From positions 1 to 55,799 of the forward strand of contig CAZCCC010000002.1 of assembly GCA_964497245.1 (NCBI GenBank): a stretch of 55,799 nucleotides of DNA. Reading direction: 5' to 3'. The notes under the pieces were generated by a model. The model was not told the origin of the DNA, did no database searches, and was given only the letters and a program-made list of their open reading frames with translations. Origin of the DNA: an uncultured Gammaproteobacteria bacterium. Its GTDB lineage: Bacteria > Patescibacteriota > Patescibacteriia > Buchananbacterales > UBA6539. The position numbers and the translations under genes are program-made. Positions within the stretch are counted from its first letter, which is position 1; each line of letters starts with the position of its first letter. Below are positions 39,991 through 49,579 of the stretch, piece by piece.

Positions 39991-40983
39991 CTAAACGATT
40001 CTTCGCACGACGACCTTCATTTTTGGCGAAGGCCAAGCCGCACAACAAGGAATCGCTCCATGATAAGCTGCCGGAAAAGACGGAAAGGCGTTGGCCCTAA
40101 CACCAACCACGTGATAACAGCTGCAGCCATTATTCTTCAGATGTTCCAGAATCGCCGAATTCGGCTCAGGATAGACCTCGTTGATCACCACCGTGCCCGG
40201 CCAGATTACGTCAAGGTAATCCTTAAGGGCATTATTGAGAGTGATGTTGACAACGACGACTCGCTGTCCGCGAAGATAGTTTGGCCAATCTTTACTGCCC
40301 TGCCCGTCTGACGAGTCAATGCTGAAGACATTGGAATCTTCAAGTAACCCGACTACTCGACGGCCGATAAAACCTCTGCCGCCAAGGACGATGACCGGCG
40401 TATCGTCGCCAAGCGACTCTTCGGCTTTCACCGAATCAATTGCCTGGGCAACCGCATGGGCGGTCAAATCCGCTTCCGGAGCTTCCCGGATGATTTTCCC
40501 TGCGTACAGGACTCCGGGCACTATTCCGGCAAACGTCTTTCTCCCGGCACCAAACAATTGGCGCAGCCTTTCCATTCGATCGGACATCCGACGAAGATTT
40601 TCCGTATTTTGCGGATCAGTGAATTGACCATTGGTCGCGGAAATCATGAACATCACGGTTAATTTTCCGTTTTGCCACAACAATCCGCCGGGGATGGGAT
40701 TCCACTGATTCCAGCGCAAGCGAAACGGATAGACATAAGCCAATCCATATTTCTCATTCGCCGGATAAACCAGAAACACGGACTCAATCAGATTAACCTT
40801 TTTGTTGACTAACCCGACCAACCAAAACAGCAAATCATGATTGATCAGGAGATTCAACATCTCAATGGCAATGCGCCTCGTGTGCAGCTTTACGGTTTTC
40901 AGCCAACTGCTTTTCTTTACGGCTCCCTTAACTGAAGGAGCCGCTTTGACAGATCGTCGCTGAATCGACACATTTCTGTTCAT
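39991..40983 (-). CDS. Rossmann-fold protein, distantly like the acyl-ACP reductase / shikimate dehydrogenase group
   Basis: Start MNRNV with a GGAGGAG SD. VIVLGGRGFIG nucleotide-binding loop, INEVYP and a C-terminal PCCAA. Confidence 0.7.
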   Translation of the reverse strand: MNRNVSIQRRSVKAAPSVKGAVKKSSWLKTVKLHTRRIAIEMLNLLINHDLLFWLVGLVNKKVNLIESVFLVYPANEKYGLAYVYPFRLRWNQWNPIPGGLLWQNGKLTVMFMISATNGQFTDPQNTENLRRMSDRMERLRQLFGAGRKTFAGIVPGVLYAGKIIREAPEADLTAHAVAQAIDSVKAEESLGDDTPVIVLGGRGFIGRRVVGLLEDSNVFSIDSSDGQGSKDWPNYLRGQRVVVVNITLNNALKDYLDVIWPGTVVINEVYPEPNSAILEHLKNNGCSCYHVVGVRANAFPSFPAAYHGAIPCCAAWPSPKMKVVVRRIV

Positions 40984-41100
40984 TTCAACTCCTCCTATGG
41001 GTTGTAATTGTTGACAGACTTTCAAAAGAACCACTTAAATTATACCAAATTCAGGCAACAAAGCATACTAGCATATTTTTCAAAAAATGTCCAGCCAACC

Positions 41101-41129
41101 TTGACTTTTTCAGTAAATAAGAGTATTAT
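41101..41129 (+). promoter_or_regulatory. Sigma70-type promoter for the FadL-like gene
   Basis: TTGACT, 17 nt, TATTAT. A GGGAGG SD precedes the start. Confidence 0.6.
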
Positions 41130-41191
41130 AACCTGTTGAACTGTATCCGGAATGAACCTTAAACCCAAACCCTTCAAAGGGAGGACAAGTG

Positions 41192-42400
41192 ATGAAAAAA
41201 ACAACGATTGCAATGTGTCTGCTGGTCTTGTTGACCGGCAATCTGGCAATGGCAGGAGGAGTCAATCGCGTCAGCGGCAGTGTCGGCCCCAGAGCCATGG
41301 GAATGTGCGGTGCGCAAATCGCCGACTCGGTAGACGCCTCGGCGTTCTACTATAACCCTGCGGGGTTAAGCAACATCAAGCGTACTTCACTGCAGTTTGG
41401 AATGGAGTCAATCATCGCCGAAGGGACATATCAGTGGTCGGAATGCGGACGGGAACTATCCAAAGATTGAGAGGAAGGAATCATCCCTCTACCTTTCGGC
41501 GGATTTTCCACCCATTTGAATGACCGGCTGACAATCGGAGCCGGCTGGCATGTTGTCGGCGGGCTCGGCAGCAAGTACGACGGCGACTTTCCATGGAAAG
41601 AAGGAATGCTGAGCCTAACCTCGCTGGTTCCGGCAGTTGCCTATCAGGTCAATGACGACCTTTCCCTTGGACTCAGCCTGAATATCGGCTACGCTCAGTT
41701 TATCAATGCCGGCAGTCTCCAACTTGGAAACTTTCGGCTGGACATGGCGAACATGGAAGCTGAAGCTGACGGCATCGGACTTGGCGGCGGAATCGGAATC
41801 CTTTACCGGCTCAATGATGAATGGACTGTTGGCGCGTCATACAGTCTGCCTATGGAAGTTCGCCTGAAAGGGTCAACCAGGCTTGAATTGCTGGGTTTGC
41901 CACTCGGCAAGTACGATATGACGGCTTCGGTCTACTTTCCGGGAAGACTCGGACTTGGTTTGAAGTTTGAACCGAACAACAGACTGAGGATTCTGGCTGA
42001 CGCCAACTGGTATGACTATTCGGCGGCCAAACAGATGACGGCCAAAATCGGCGGACTGTTTGAATACGGTCAAAAGCTTAATTGGCACGATAACTTCAGC
42101 TTTCATCTCGGCGCTGAGTATGAACTGACAGAAAAGTGGCTTTTGAGAAGCGGGGTCTGCTGGCATACCGCGGCCATTCCGCGGGAAACCACCACGCCGA
42201 CTGCACCGGAAGTGGACGGCCCGGGAATTTCTTTCGGCCTTGGATACAGACCGAACGACAACTGGGATTTCGATCTCGGCTACACCTACGGCTGGGGCAA
42301 AAGAGAAGTTGAAAAACACTTCGGCTTCCTGGCGCCGGGAAAATACGAAGTCGACGTTCATGTCGTCTCGGCCAGCGTCACTTGGAAGTTTGGAGGATGA
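41192..42400 (+). pseudogene. OmpP1/FadL-family outer-membrane beta-barrel interrupted by one in-frame TGA (41468-41470)
   Basis: Signal peptide, then RAMGMCGA..A...DASAFYYNPAGL, and PAVAYQVNDDLSLG, WHDNFSFHLGAEY and C-terminal VTWKF. The two track ORFs are in frame via SKD*EEGIIPLPFGGF. Confidence 0.88.
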
Positions 42401-42436
42401 AAAAACGACTGGCACAACCGGTCGCAACACAACTGC

Positions 42437-42468
42437 TGAGGACGGAGTCACATCTGTCCTCATTTTTT
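42437..42468 (+). terminator. Intrinsic terminator after the FadL-like gene
   Basis: TGAGGACGGA-GTCACA-TCTGTCCTCA followed by TTTTTT. Confidence 0.8.
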
Positions 42469-42543
42469 ATAAAAACTCAAGTTGCAGAATAATTAAAAAC
42501 AGGGTATTCCCCTATTAATACATAAATAATTTATCTTCAAAAA

Positions 42544-43869
42544 CTAAAATTTTAAAACCCGAGTTTTTGGAATCGGCTTAATGAAATTTTGAGCCAAAGA
42601 ATATGAATAAGCGCCCATATTGGGAAAAACGATTACATCGCCTTCTTTATTTTTTTTAGCATAACAATAATGAGTCCAAAAATCATAGGGCGTGCAAAGC
42701 GGGCCGTAAAGACGGCATTTTATTTCTCTTTTTGCCGGCTGAGACAAATTAATTGCCGGTATATAAAAGTAGTCATAATCATCAGAACCAACCATATTTA
42801 TGCCGCCATCTAAAATTACTATGTCTTTTTCCTTAACATCAACAACCCGAAAAACCAAAAACATTGATTTGGCTGAAAGAATCCGGCCCGGTTCGCAATA
42901 ATATTGACAGTCGACAAGGGGCTTAAGTGCCTCTTTAATTGTTAGACTGATTGTTTCGGCGTATTTTTCCAATGGCACCGATTCGGTTAAATAATATTTT
43001 TCAGCAAAATTCTTAGGCTTGCCAAAATAATCACCGGCAATTTTTATAACTTCGTTTTTGGCCACCAGCCATGGATAATAGCCATCCAGCCTGTTATTTT
43101 CAAACCCGCCGCCGAAATCAATAAATTTAAGAGCCTGACGATCTTTGGCTGAAAAATTATTTTTTATAAATGAAGCAATTGCTAAAAGCATTTTACGATA
43201 TGGCTGGTCATCTTTGCTCCAGCTCATGTGGCACTGAATCCCATCCAAACTGATATTCTTGTATTTCTTGGCTTGCCTGAAAAAAACAGCTAAATCATCC
43301 AAGCTAATGCCGAATTTATTCCAGTTGCCGTGATATTTTGTATAAATTCTGACTCCCGCCCTTATTTTCTTGTTCTTTTTATCTAATAAATTTCCAAGCC
43401 TTCTAAGTTCGCCGAAGCTGTCAATATTGATAATAATTTTTTGATTATTTCTAATTGCCAAATTTAACTCTGATTCGGTTTTACCCGGTCCGCTGAAAAT
43501 TATTTTTTTTGCTTTAGATTCTAAGGCCAAACCAAGTTCGCGGCCAGAAGAAACATCAAGTCCCAAACCATGTCTTACCATTGTTTTAAGCAAATAAGGA
43601 TGGTTGTTTGATTTCACTGCATAAAAAATATCCAGGTTGGGAATATGATGGCAAAATGTTTTTGAAAATTCCTGCACTCTTTCATCAAGAGCTTTTTGGT
43701 CAAAAAGATAAAAAGGCGTTGGGTATTTTTTTGCCAAACTTAAAATATATTTTCGCTTCTGTAGCGTTTGATTAACTACCATATCTACTCTGCCAATTTT
43801 GCCGCTGATTTTTTCTCTAAGTAATTTTAAAACTATTCTTTTATCAATTGATGAAATTCTATTACTCAT
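42544..43869 (-). CDS. PLP-dependent group IV decarboxylase (LysA/ODC/SbnH family)
   Basis: TPFYLFD, FYAVKSN (PLP Lys), KFG, DFGGGF, EPGR, GPLCTPYD and GAYSYS. Confidence 0.9.
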   Translation of the reverse strand: MSNRISSIDKRIVLKLLREKISGKIGRVDMVVNQTLQKRKYILSLAKKYPTPFYLFDQKALDERVQEFSKTFCHHIPNLDIFYAVKSNNHPYLLKTMVRHGLGLDVSSGRELGLALESKAKKIIFSGPGKTESELNLAIRNNQKIIINIDSFGELRRLGNLLDKKNKKIRAGVRIYTKYHGNWNKFGISLDDLAVFFRQAKKYKNISLDGIQCHMSWSKDDQPYRKMLLAIASFIKNNFSAKDRQALKFIDFGGGFENNRLDGYYPWLVAKNEVIKIAGDYFGKPKNFAEKYYLTESVPLEKYAETISLTIKEALKPLVDCQYYCEPGRILSAKSMFLVFRVVDVKEKDIVILDGGINMVGSDDYDYFYIPAINLSQPAKREIKCRLYGPLCTPYDFWTHYCYAKKNKEGDVIVFPNMGAYSYSLAQNFIKPIPKTRVLKF

Positions 43870-43870
43870 A

Positions 43871-45745
43871 TCAAGTTTTATCCTTTAAGGCTTCTAGTAG
43901 AAGCTGAACCTCTTTGGATTTTTCTTGTTTTTTTAATTTTCTTACTCGTTTATCAACATCCTTTGGCAAAGTTTGTAAATCAGTATATAATTTCAAAATT
44001 TCTTCAGCCAGTTCTCCAAGCGCTGAAACCATTAACTTAGAATCTGTTATCTCATACTTGCCATTGGCAGTTATTCTAATTGCCCCAGTTTCAAGTAACT
44101 TGTGAGACATCCCGACTGCCGCATAATAATAACGCTCTGCAAAAGATCCTCTTTCACCTGCGCCATCAAATAGATATTTACATATTACTCCTAATTTTGC
44201 CATGGCCCATTCATTCAAATCCATCGGTAATTCACCTTTTTCTAACATTTCTTTGATCATTGAAGAGCCGAGGATTTCGGCTTTAAATTCTTCAACTATT
44301 GCCGCATTATTCCCTTGTCCCAATCTTTTATTTACCGATTCATCTTCATTAGAAATAATACTGTGACTAGTCTCGTGTATACCAACATCTAGCAAAGCAT
44401 GTTTGACATAATTTTTTTCATCAACCAACTGTCCAGTAATCCTTTCAATCAACGGAATCTCTTGTAATCTTGCACCCTCAACAACAGTATTTCCGTGAAT
44501 CAATGCGAGTTCTCGGTTACTCTCCCCGCTAGTGAACCAAGAAAGGTTGGGACCAAAAGCAAAAGGTTGATAGTTTGCTACAACTGGCGGAACATCTTTT
44601 TGTTCGGCAACCGCCCGAGGAAATCGCTCATTAATTCTTTGAGCACTTTCTATAAATTCTTGCATTGCTTTTTCAAATTCTTCTGACTCTTTGGTAATAA
44701 AACCAAAACGCATTTCAGCATCAACTTTATTGGCATCACCGGCTACTGCTGGACATCCTTGTGGAACCAGCATTATAGGGCAACCTTCTAGAGCTAAATC
44801 TCGAGAAGCAGCATAAAGTTTTTCCCATTGAGTATTTAGCTCGTCCAGAGAAACACTTTCTAAACCATATACTTGACTTACCTGTCTAAGATAAGCCGGT
44901 AAATCTTTATATTTTTCTTCAGATAATTTTCCTTTTTTTAATAAATTTTCTGCTCTCTTAGCCAATCCTTCCAAACGTTTGGCAATTCTGGGCCATTCAA
45001 AAGGAAAGACTTCAGAATAAGTTTTGATACTTATCCCTCTGCCTCCTGGTTTATAAATATCATAAACATTTTCCGCTCCAACTTGGTCTCCTAATTTAGT
45101 CTTGCTTGATCCACCCGGTGCATCTGCCAATTCAATTTGTTTAATATAAGCATGATCAATATATTTTCCTAAGGTACCAGCGGAATCAAGTAAAAAATCA
45201 AATTCTTCTTTGTTAACTCCTATCCTTTGTAAATCTCCAGAATCCAGATTCTCTTTACTCCAATGGCGTAATAAAACGAGAGAAGCAAGCTGTCTTTCCG
45301 AAGAGAGTAAAACTAGAGACCTCCATGCTTCAGGAATAACCCCTCTAAGCTGTTCCAAAAACATGATATCTCTTTTTTTAAATGCCTGTTCTAATTTATC
45401 CGGATTAGAAAATATTTCAATCAGTTTCACCTTTTGTTCTTCCTCCGCCGAACTGGCCTCAATCTGTTTAATCCAATCCTGTCCCTGATCCACCACTAAA
45501 CCGCTGACATATTTATCCCAGCGTTGATTAACCTGTTCTCTTGCGGAATCAAAAATATCTTCCATACCTGACAATTTTTCTGAATCAAGTTCAGGCCATC
45601 CTTCTTTTTCCAATGATTCCTTTAATCTATTCCTTGCTTCTCGACTAAGTTGGACATATTCAGGAAAACTATGTTCTTTTAAAACATCAAGCCGGTTAGT
45701 GGCATCGGGATTAAAATTTTCACCAAAACGAAATCTCTCAGACAT
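43871..45745 (-). CDS. Zincin-like protein (peptidase M49 / CiaB-like C-terminal region)
   Basis: HETSH (HExxH) followed about 24 aa later by EEFKAE. Confidence 0.65.
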   Translation of the reverse strand: MSERFRFGENFNPDATNRLDVLKEHSFPEYVQLSREARNRLKESLEKEGWPELDSEKLSGMEDIFDSAREQVNQRWDKYVSGLVVDQGQDWIKQIEASSAEEEQKVKLIEIFSNPDKLEQAFKKRDIMFLEQLRGVIPEAWRSLVLLSSERQLASLVLLRHWSKENLDSGDLQRIGVNKEEFDFLLDSAGTLGKYIDHAYIKQIELADAPGGSSKTKLGDQVGAENVYDIYKPGGRGISIKTYSEVFPFEWPRIAKRLEGLAKRAENLLKKGKLSEEKYKDLPAYLRQVSQVYGLESVSLDELNTQWEKLYAASRDLALEGCPIMLVPQGCPAVAGDANKVDAEMRFGFITKESEEFEKAMQEFIESAQRINERFPRAVAEQKDVPPVVANYQPFAFGPNLSWFTSGESNRELALIHGNTVVEGARLQEIPLIERITGQLVDEKNYVKHALLDVGIHETSHSIISNEDESVNKRLGQGNNAAIVEEFKAEILGSSMIKEMLEKGELPMDLNEWAMAKLGVICKYLFDGAGERGSFAERYYYAAVGMSHKLLETGAIRITANGKYEITDSKLMVSALGELAEEILKLYTDLQTLPKDVDKRVRKLKKQEKSKEVQLLLEALKDKT

Positions 45746-45808
45746 ATCTTTAAATATAATAACTTAAAATTAATCTTTTTATTTATTGATATTTTTTATT
45801 GTTTTAAA

Positions 45809-47143
45809 CTAAACCAATAAAAAACCATCAACTATTAATCTACTAATTTTATTTATTTCTCCTTTACTACTATACAGAGGAAAATTTGATATTACAATAC
45901 CAATAACTGTGTTAGCTTTATGCTTTTCCCCTTTTTGTGTATCCGAATAAAAAATAAATTCATTTCCTTTACTGGTGATTTCAGAGATATTGGAACTCAA
46001 AAAAGAAATATGTCCTTTGTTTAATTTATATAAACCATTTTTGTATTGCCTTTTTATAATATAACTTTTCTTTGAATCAGGAATTTCTATGTGCAAAACC
46101 GAGCCATCAAAATTTGAATTTATAAAACCAAAATATTTTCTTTTAAACCTAGTTTTAACAGGAGTAAAAAAATAATTAAGATATGAGTCAGAAGTGTTAA
46201 GACCACCAATTGTTTCGGGAAATTGGAGCAACTGAAAAGTAGAAGCGGCAAATCTCGGATTACATTCAATTATATATATTTTTTTATCACTGCCAATTAT
46301 AAAATCAATATTGGCGTAGCCAAAATAGCCTAAATTTTCTAAAAATTGTGTGAGTAAGGAAAAAACAAACTTTACTTTTGATTTTATTTCCTTACTAATC
46401 ATTGAACCTTTAACCCACTGGATTCCAGAAAAACTATACTGCCCGGATCTATTTTTTTCGCCATAACATTGAACCCTTAAGGCGGAAATAGCTGAAGCAT
46501 TAGGTGAAATAAAAATAGTAATCCCAAAAGGTCTGCCGTCAATGTAATGTCTAAGTAAGTATTTTTTTTTCTTATTTAATATTTTTTTTTCAAAAAAATC
46601 TTTTAGTTGCCCAGTGTTTTCTAGAAAATAGGTGCCTTCACCACCGCTTGAACAAGGATCCTGCAAAACCAGCCGACCCTTTATATTTATTATCTTTCTA
46701 CCATAAGAATAAACTTCACTTTTGGGCTTCGGTAGGCAGTATTTAGTTAAAAAATTATCGAAAAAAATTTTATCTTCAAGCTTTTGCCATTTCATGTCAG
46801 GTCCGATTATTTTAACCTTTGCTTTTTTTTGCCAATCATCTAAAAATTTATTTGCCCCGTGGTGCAATAAAAAAAAATTTACCCCTGAATTTTTAATCTG
46901 CTTGGCTATATCTGTATTCTTTAAAACCCCCTCAAAATCCAATTTCGCCATCGAAAGATTTTGATTTTTTAACTTATAGCAAACAATCTGATCTTTCGGT
47001 AAAAAACTTTTTACCCATTTTTCTTCGATTTTATATTTAGGAACAAAATAAATAAATCGGCTGGTATTTTCCTTCGATTTTAAAGCAAACATCAAACTGT
47101 CTATTCCTCCGGGCATCAAACCGATTTTTGCTGATTTTTCCAT
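45809..47143 (-). CDS. ATP-grasp domain protein
   Basis: EDKIFF, SSGGEGT, GYANIDF and IIECNPRF. Confidence 0.85.
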   Translation of the reverse strand: MEKSAKIGLMPGGIDSLMFALKSKENTSRFIYFVPKYKIEEKWVKSFLPKDQIVCYKLKNQNLSMAKLDFEGVLKNTDIAKQIKNSGVNFFLLHHGANKFLDDWQKKAKVKIIGPDMKWQKLEDKIFFDNFLTKYCLPKPKSEVYSYGRKIINIKGRLVLQDPCSSGGEGTYFLENTGQLKDFFEKKILNKKKKYLLRHYIDGRPFGITIFISPNASAISALRVQCYGEKNRSGQYSFSGIQWVKGSMISKEIKSKVKFVFSLLTQFLENLGYFGYANIDFIIGSDKKIYIIECNPRFAASTFQLLQFPETIGGLNTSDSYLNYFFTPVKTRFKRKYFGFINSNFDGSVLHIEIPDSKKSYIIKRQYKNGLYKLNKGHISFLSSNISEITSKGNEFIFYSDTQKGEKHKANTVIGIVISNFPLYSSKGEINKISRLIVDGFLLV

Positions 47144-47155
47144 AATATTTATTGC

Positions 47156-49579
47156 TTAAATAGGTGTAGTTTGAAGATGATAGTAAGGCGGACGATTCCG
47201 ATAACGCCTAATTGCCATATTGATTATATCTTCCAAAAAATCGCCATAGGACATTCCCGTCAACCTAGCTACTTCAGGCAGACAATCACCAATATTAACG
47301 GAGGGGTTTGGATTAAGTTCTAAAACATAAGGATTATCATATTTATCAACCCTGATTTCAACCCGCCCGTAATCATGGCAATCTAAAATATTATAAGTAT
47401 CAAGAGCAATTTCAGTTAAAAGCGAACCTAAGCGCCTGCTGATATTTTTAGGAGGCCTTTGGACCATTACGCCAAAATCCTTTACTGACTTTTTTGAAAA
47501 TTTCATTTCATGAGTATAGATATGCCAGCTTCCTTGTGGCATACTGGAAAAAATAGATCGTGAAAGTGGCAATACTCGCAAATCATCGTCTTCACTTCCC
47601 AAAATTGAAACGTCATATTCATCACCTTCAATATATTCCTCAATTAAAGCCGGACTACCTATTTCAACAATTACCTTTTTCAGCTGTTTCTGGAGTTCAT
47701 CTTTATTGGTGACAACCGACTCATTGGTAACACCAATGGAATTATCTGTATTTGCGGGTTTAACAATTAGCGGATAACGCAAACTTTCATCTATTTCCTC
47801 GCCCATTGAATAAGCATAATCCCAGCGGGGAGTCGGTATTTTATGATGAGCTAAAAGCTTTTTGACTCTTATTTTATCAATACACAAACTCAGAGTTGAA
47901 GGATTAGAACCGGTATAAGGAATCTGCAATATATCAAGCAAGGAGGCCGCATGAGGTTCAAGCAAACTTGAGTTATTAATTCTCTCACAGACATTAAAAA
48001 CCAAATCAACATCGCTTAACTTCAAATCCTGAAAAATCTTCTCAATATCATTAAAATTAAAAAAAGTAATCTTATAGCCTCTGTCTTTAAGGGTTTTTTC
48101 AATATTTTTTCCAACTGACATTAATTCATTTTCAACCGCATTTTCGCTCTCTTCATAAATATTGCAGGCGATTCCGATATTAAGACTTCTCTGCTCTTTG
48201 GGACTTATTTTTCTTAATTTTTCAATCTTGGCGGCATGCATTAAAAAACTTGAATTTAAAGAGGCGTGAGAAAAATTATTTTTCCTTGAGGTTTTACCGA
48301 TTGAAGATTCCGGTGCAAACTTAGCTACTTCATAGTTAATATGCCTGAGAGCTTCCTTAAGGTTGTCGTGAGCATCGGGCATGCTGAATCCGGATACGGT
48401 AATCCAACCCAAATATTCATATCCTTCGGGCGGGACTAATACCGGATCTCCAATTTTTTTAAAAAAATGAATTTCTTCCAAATAATTCTTTTTAAGTAAT
48501 TCGGCATTAATATCAAGCTTTGAAACAATACCGGAATAATCGGATAAAAAATAAACTCCGGTAATATATTTTTTTGGAATTCCGGGCTTATTAATTTTCG
48601 GAATATAAATCCCCATTGCAATCTTTACGGCATTTTCAATCAAGTCAATACCCCATGCACTTTTAACAAAAGAGTAAACTTCATCTCCTCCCATTCTTAA
48701 ATTAATTTCAATGGGCACAGGACCTTTGGGAGTTGATTTGGCTTCAAAATGGATTATTCCATTTTGAACTCCAAGTTTTTCTAGAATTTCTTCGGCTACA
48801 TTTATTAAATCACTTTTAGCTTTGTCTGAAAGTCCGGAAGGAATTGACTGACCGGTTTCAATAAAAAAAGGCTCTTTGGTTTGATAATTATCAGAAATAG
48901 AATAAAACTTGATTTTTCCGTTCTGTAAGACAATGTCAATATCAACCTCATCGCCGACTATATACTCCTCAACAAATATTTCCAAACCGTCAGCCAAAGA
49001 ACTTTCAGCGTTTGCCGAAATATTCTTTTTTATATAATTATAAATATTAGGCAAATCATCTTTAGATTCAACTTTAATTACATAGGCGCTGCTAGAACCG
49101 AATGCGGGTTTTATCACTAATGGAAAATTTAAATCTGACGGCAAATTAAAAACATCATTCAAGGATTTAAGCATGGCATGCTTAGGCGATGGCAAACCAT
49201 TTTTTTGACAAAATTCTCTGAATAAAAATTTATTCCTTATTCTTTTAGCAACACTGTACGAAGTTCCGGAAAAATTAAATTTATCCGTTATTCTGGAAGC
49301 TAAAAGAACATCATCCTCCCAAAAAGTCAAAACTCCACTAATTTTTATATTTGGATTGGCCAAAATAAATTCTCTGACTGCTGAAACTGATTCGCTATGG
49401 TTCGTGGTGTCAGACAAAATCCAATGATCAACATAGGATTGAGCCCAATTCTTTTCTCTATTTAAGCAGACAATTAAAATTCCTAGCTTTTTTAACCTTT
49501 GCAGGATAAAGCGCTTCTTTATTGAACCGGTATTTACCAGTAAAATTACCCCTCCTTCAAGACTATTCCAAGTTTTCAT
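47156..49579 (-). CDS. Double ATP-grasp ligase: L-amino-acid-ligase-like N-half plus D-Ala-D-Ala-ligase-like C-half
   Basis: N-half: PLVIKPAFGSSS, EEYIVG, HFE, IEINLRMGG. C-half: FNVCE, IPYTGS, PLIVKP..DNSIG, EEYIEG, DYGRVE, LELNPNP. Confidence 0.9.
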   Translation of the reverse strand: MKTWNSLEGGVILLVNTGSIKKRFILQRLKKLGILIVCLNREKNWAQSYVDHWILSDTTNHSESVSAVREFILANPNIKISGVLTFWEDDVLLASRITDKFNFSGTSYSVAKRIRNKFLFREFCQKNGLPSPKHAMLKSLNDVFNLPSDLNFPLVIKPAFGSSSAYVIKVESKDDLPNIYNYIKKNISANAESSLADGLEIFVEEYIVGDEVDIDIVLQNGKIKFYSISDNYQTKEPFFIETGQSIPSGLSDKAKSDLINVAEEILEKLGVQNGIIHFEAKSTPKGPVPIEINLRMGGDEVYSFVKSAWGIDLIENAVKIAMGIYIPKINKPGIPKKYITGVYFLSDYSGIVSKLDINAELLKKNYLEEIHFFKKIGDPVLVPPEGYEYLGWITVSGFSMPDAHDNLKEALRHINYEVAKFAPESSIGKTSRKNNFSHASLNSSFLMHAAKIEKLRKISPKEQRSLNIGIACNIYEESENAVENELMSVGKNIEKTLKDRGYKITFFNFNDIEKIFQDLKLSDVDLVFNVCERINNSSLLEPHAASLLDILQIPYTGSNPSTLSLCIDKIRVKKLLAHHKIPTPRWDYAYSMGEEIDESLRYPLIVKPANTDNSIGVTNESVVTNKDELQKQLKKVIVEIGSPALIEEYIEGDEYDVSILGSEDDDLRVLPLSRSIFSSMPQGSWHIYTHEMKFSKKSVKDFGVMVQRPPKNISRRLGSLLTEIALDTYNILDCHDYGRVEIRVDKYDNPYVLELNPNPSVNIGDCLPEVARLTGMSYGDFLEDIINMAIRRYRNRPPYYHLQTTPI

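Noticed and set aside
1360-41470. Stop-codon reassignment suggested by in-frame TAG (1360, 35222) and TGA (41468)
   Set aside because: TAG ends uvrA, uvrB and the pilin gene, and TGA ends several genes including the FadL-like gene itself. Long core genes have no internal stops. Point mutations or sequencing errors are simpler.
41873-42518. ORFs 41873-42463 (-) and 42240-42518 (+)
   Set aside because: They overlap the FadL-like gene and its terminator in other frames and show no protein features.
29096-43869. Complete staphyloferrin B cluster
   Set aside because: No IucA/IucC-type synthetases, SbnG aldolase or SbnD exporter appear in the window.
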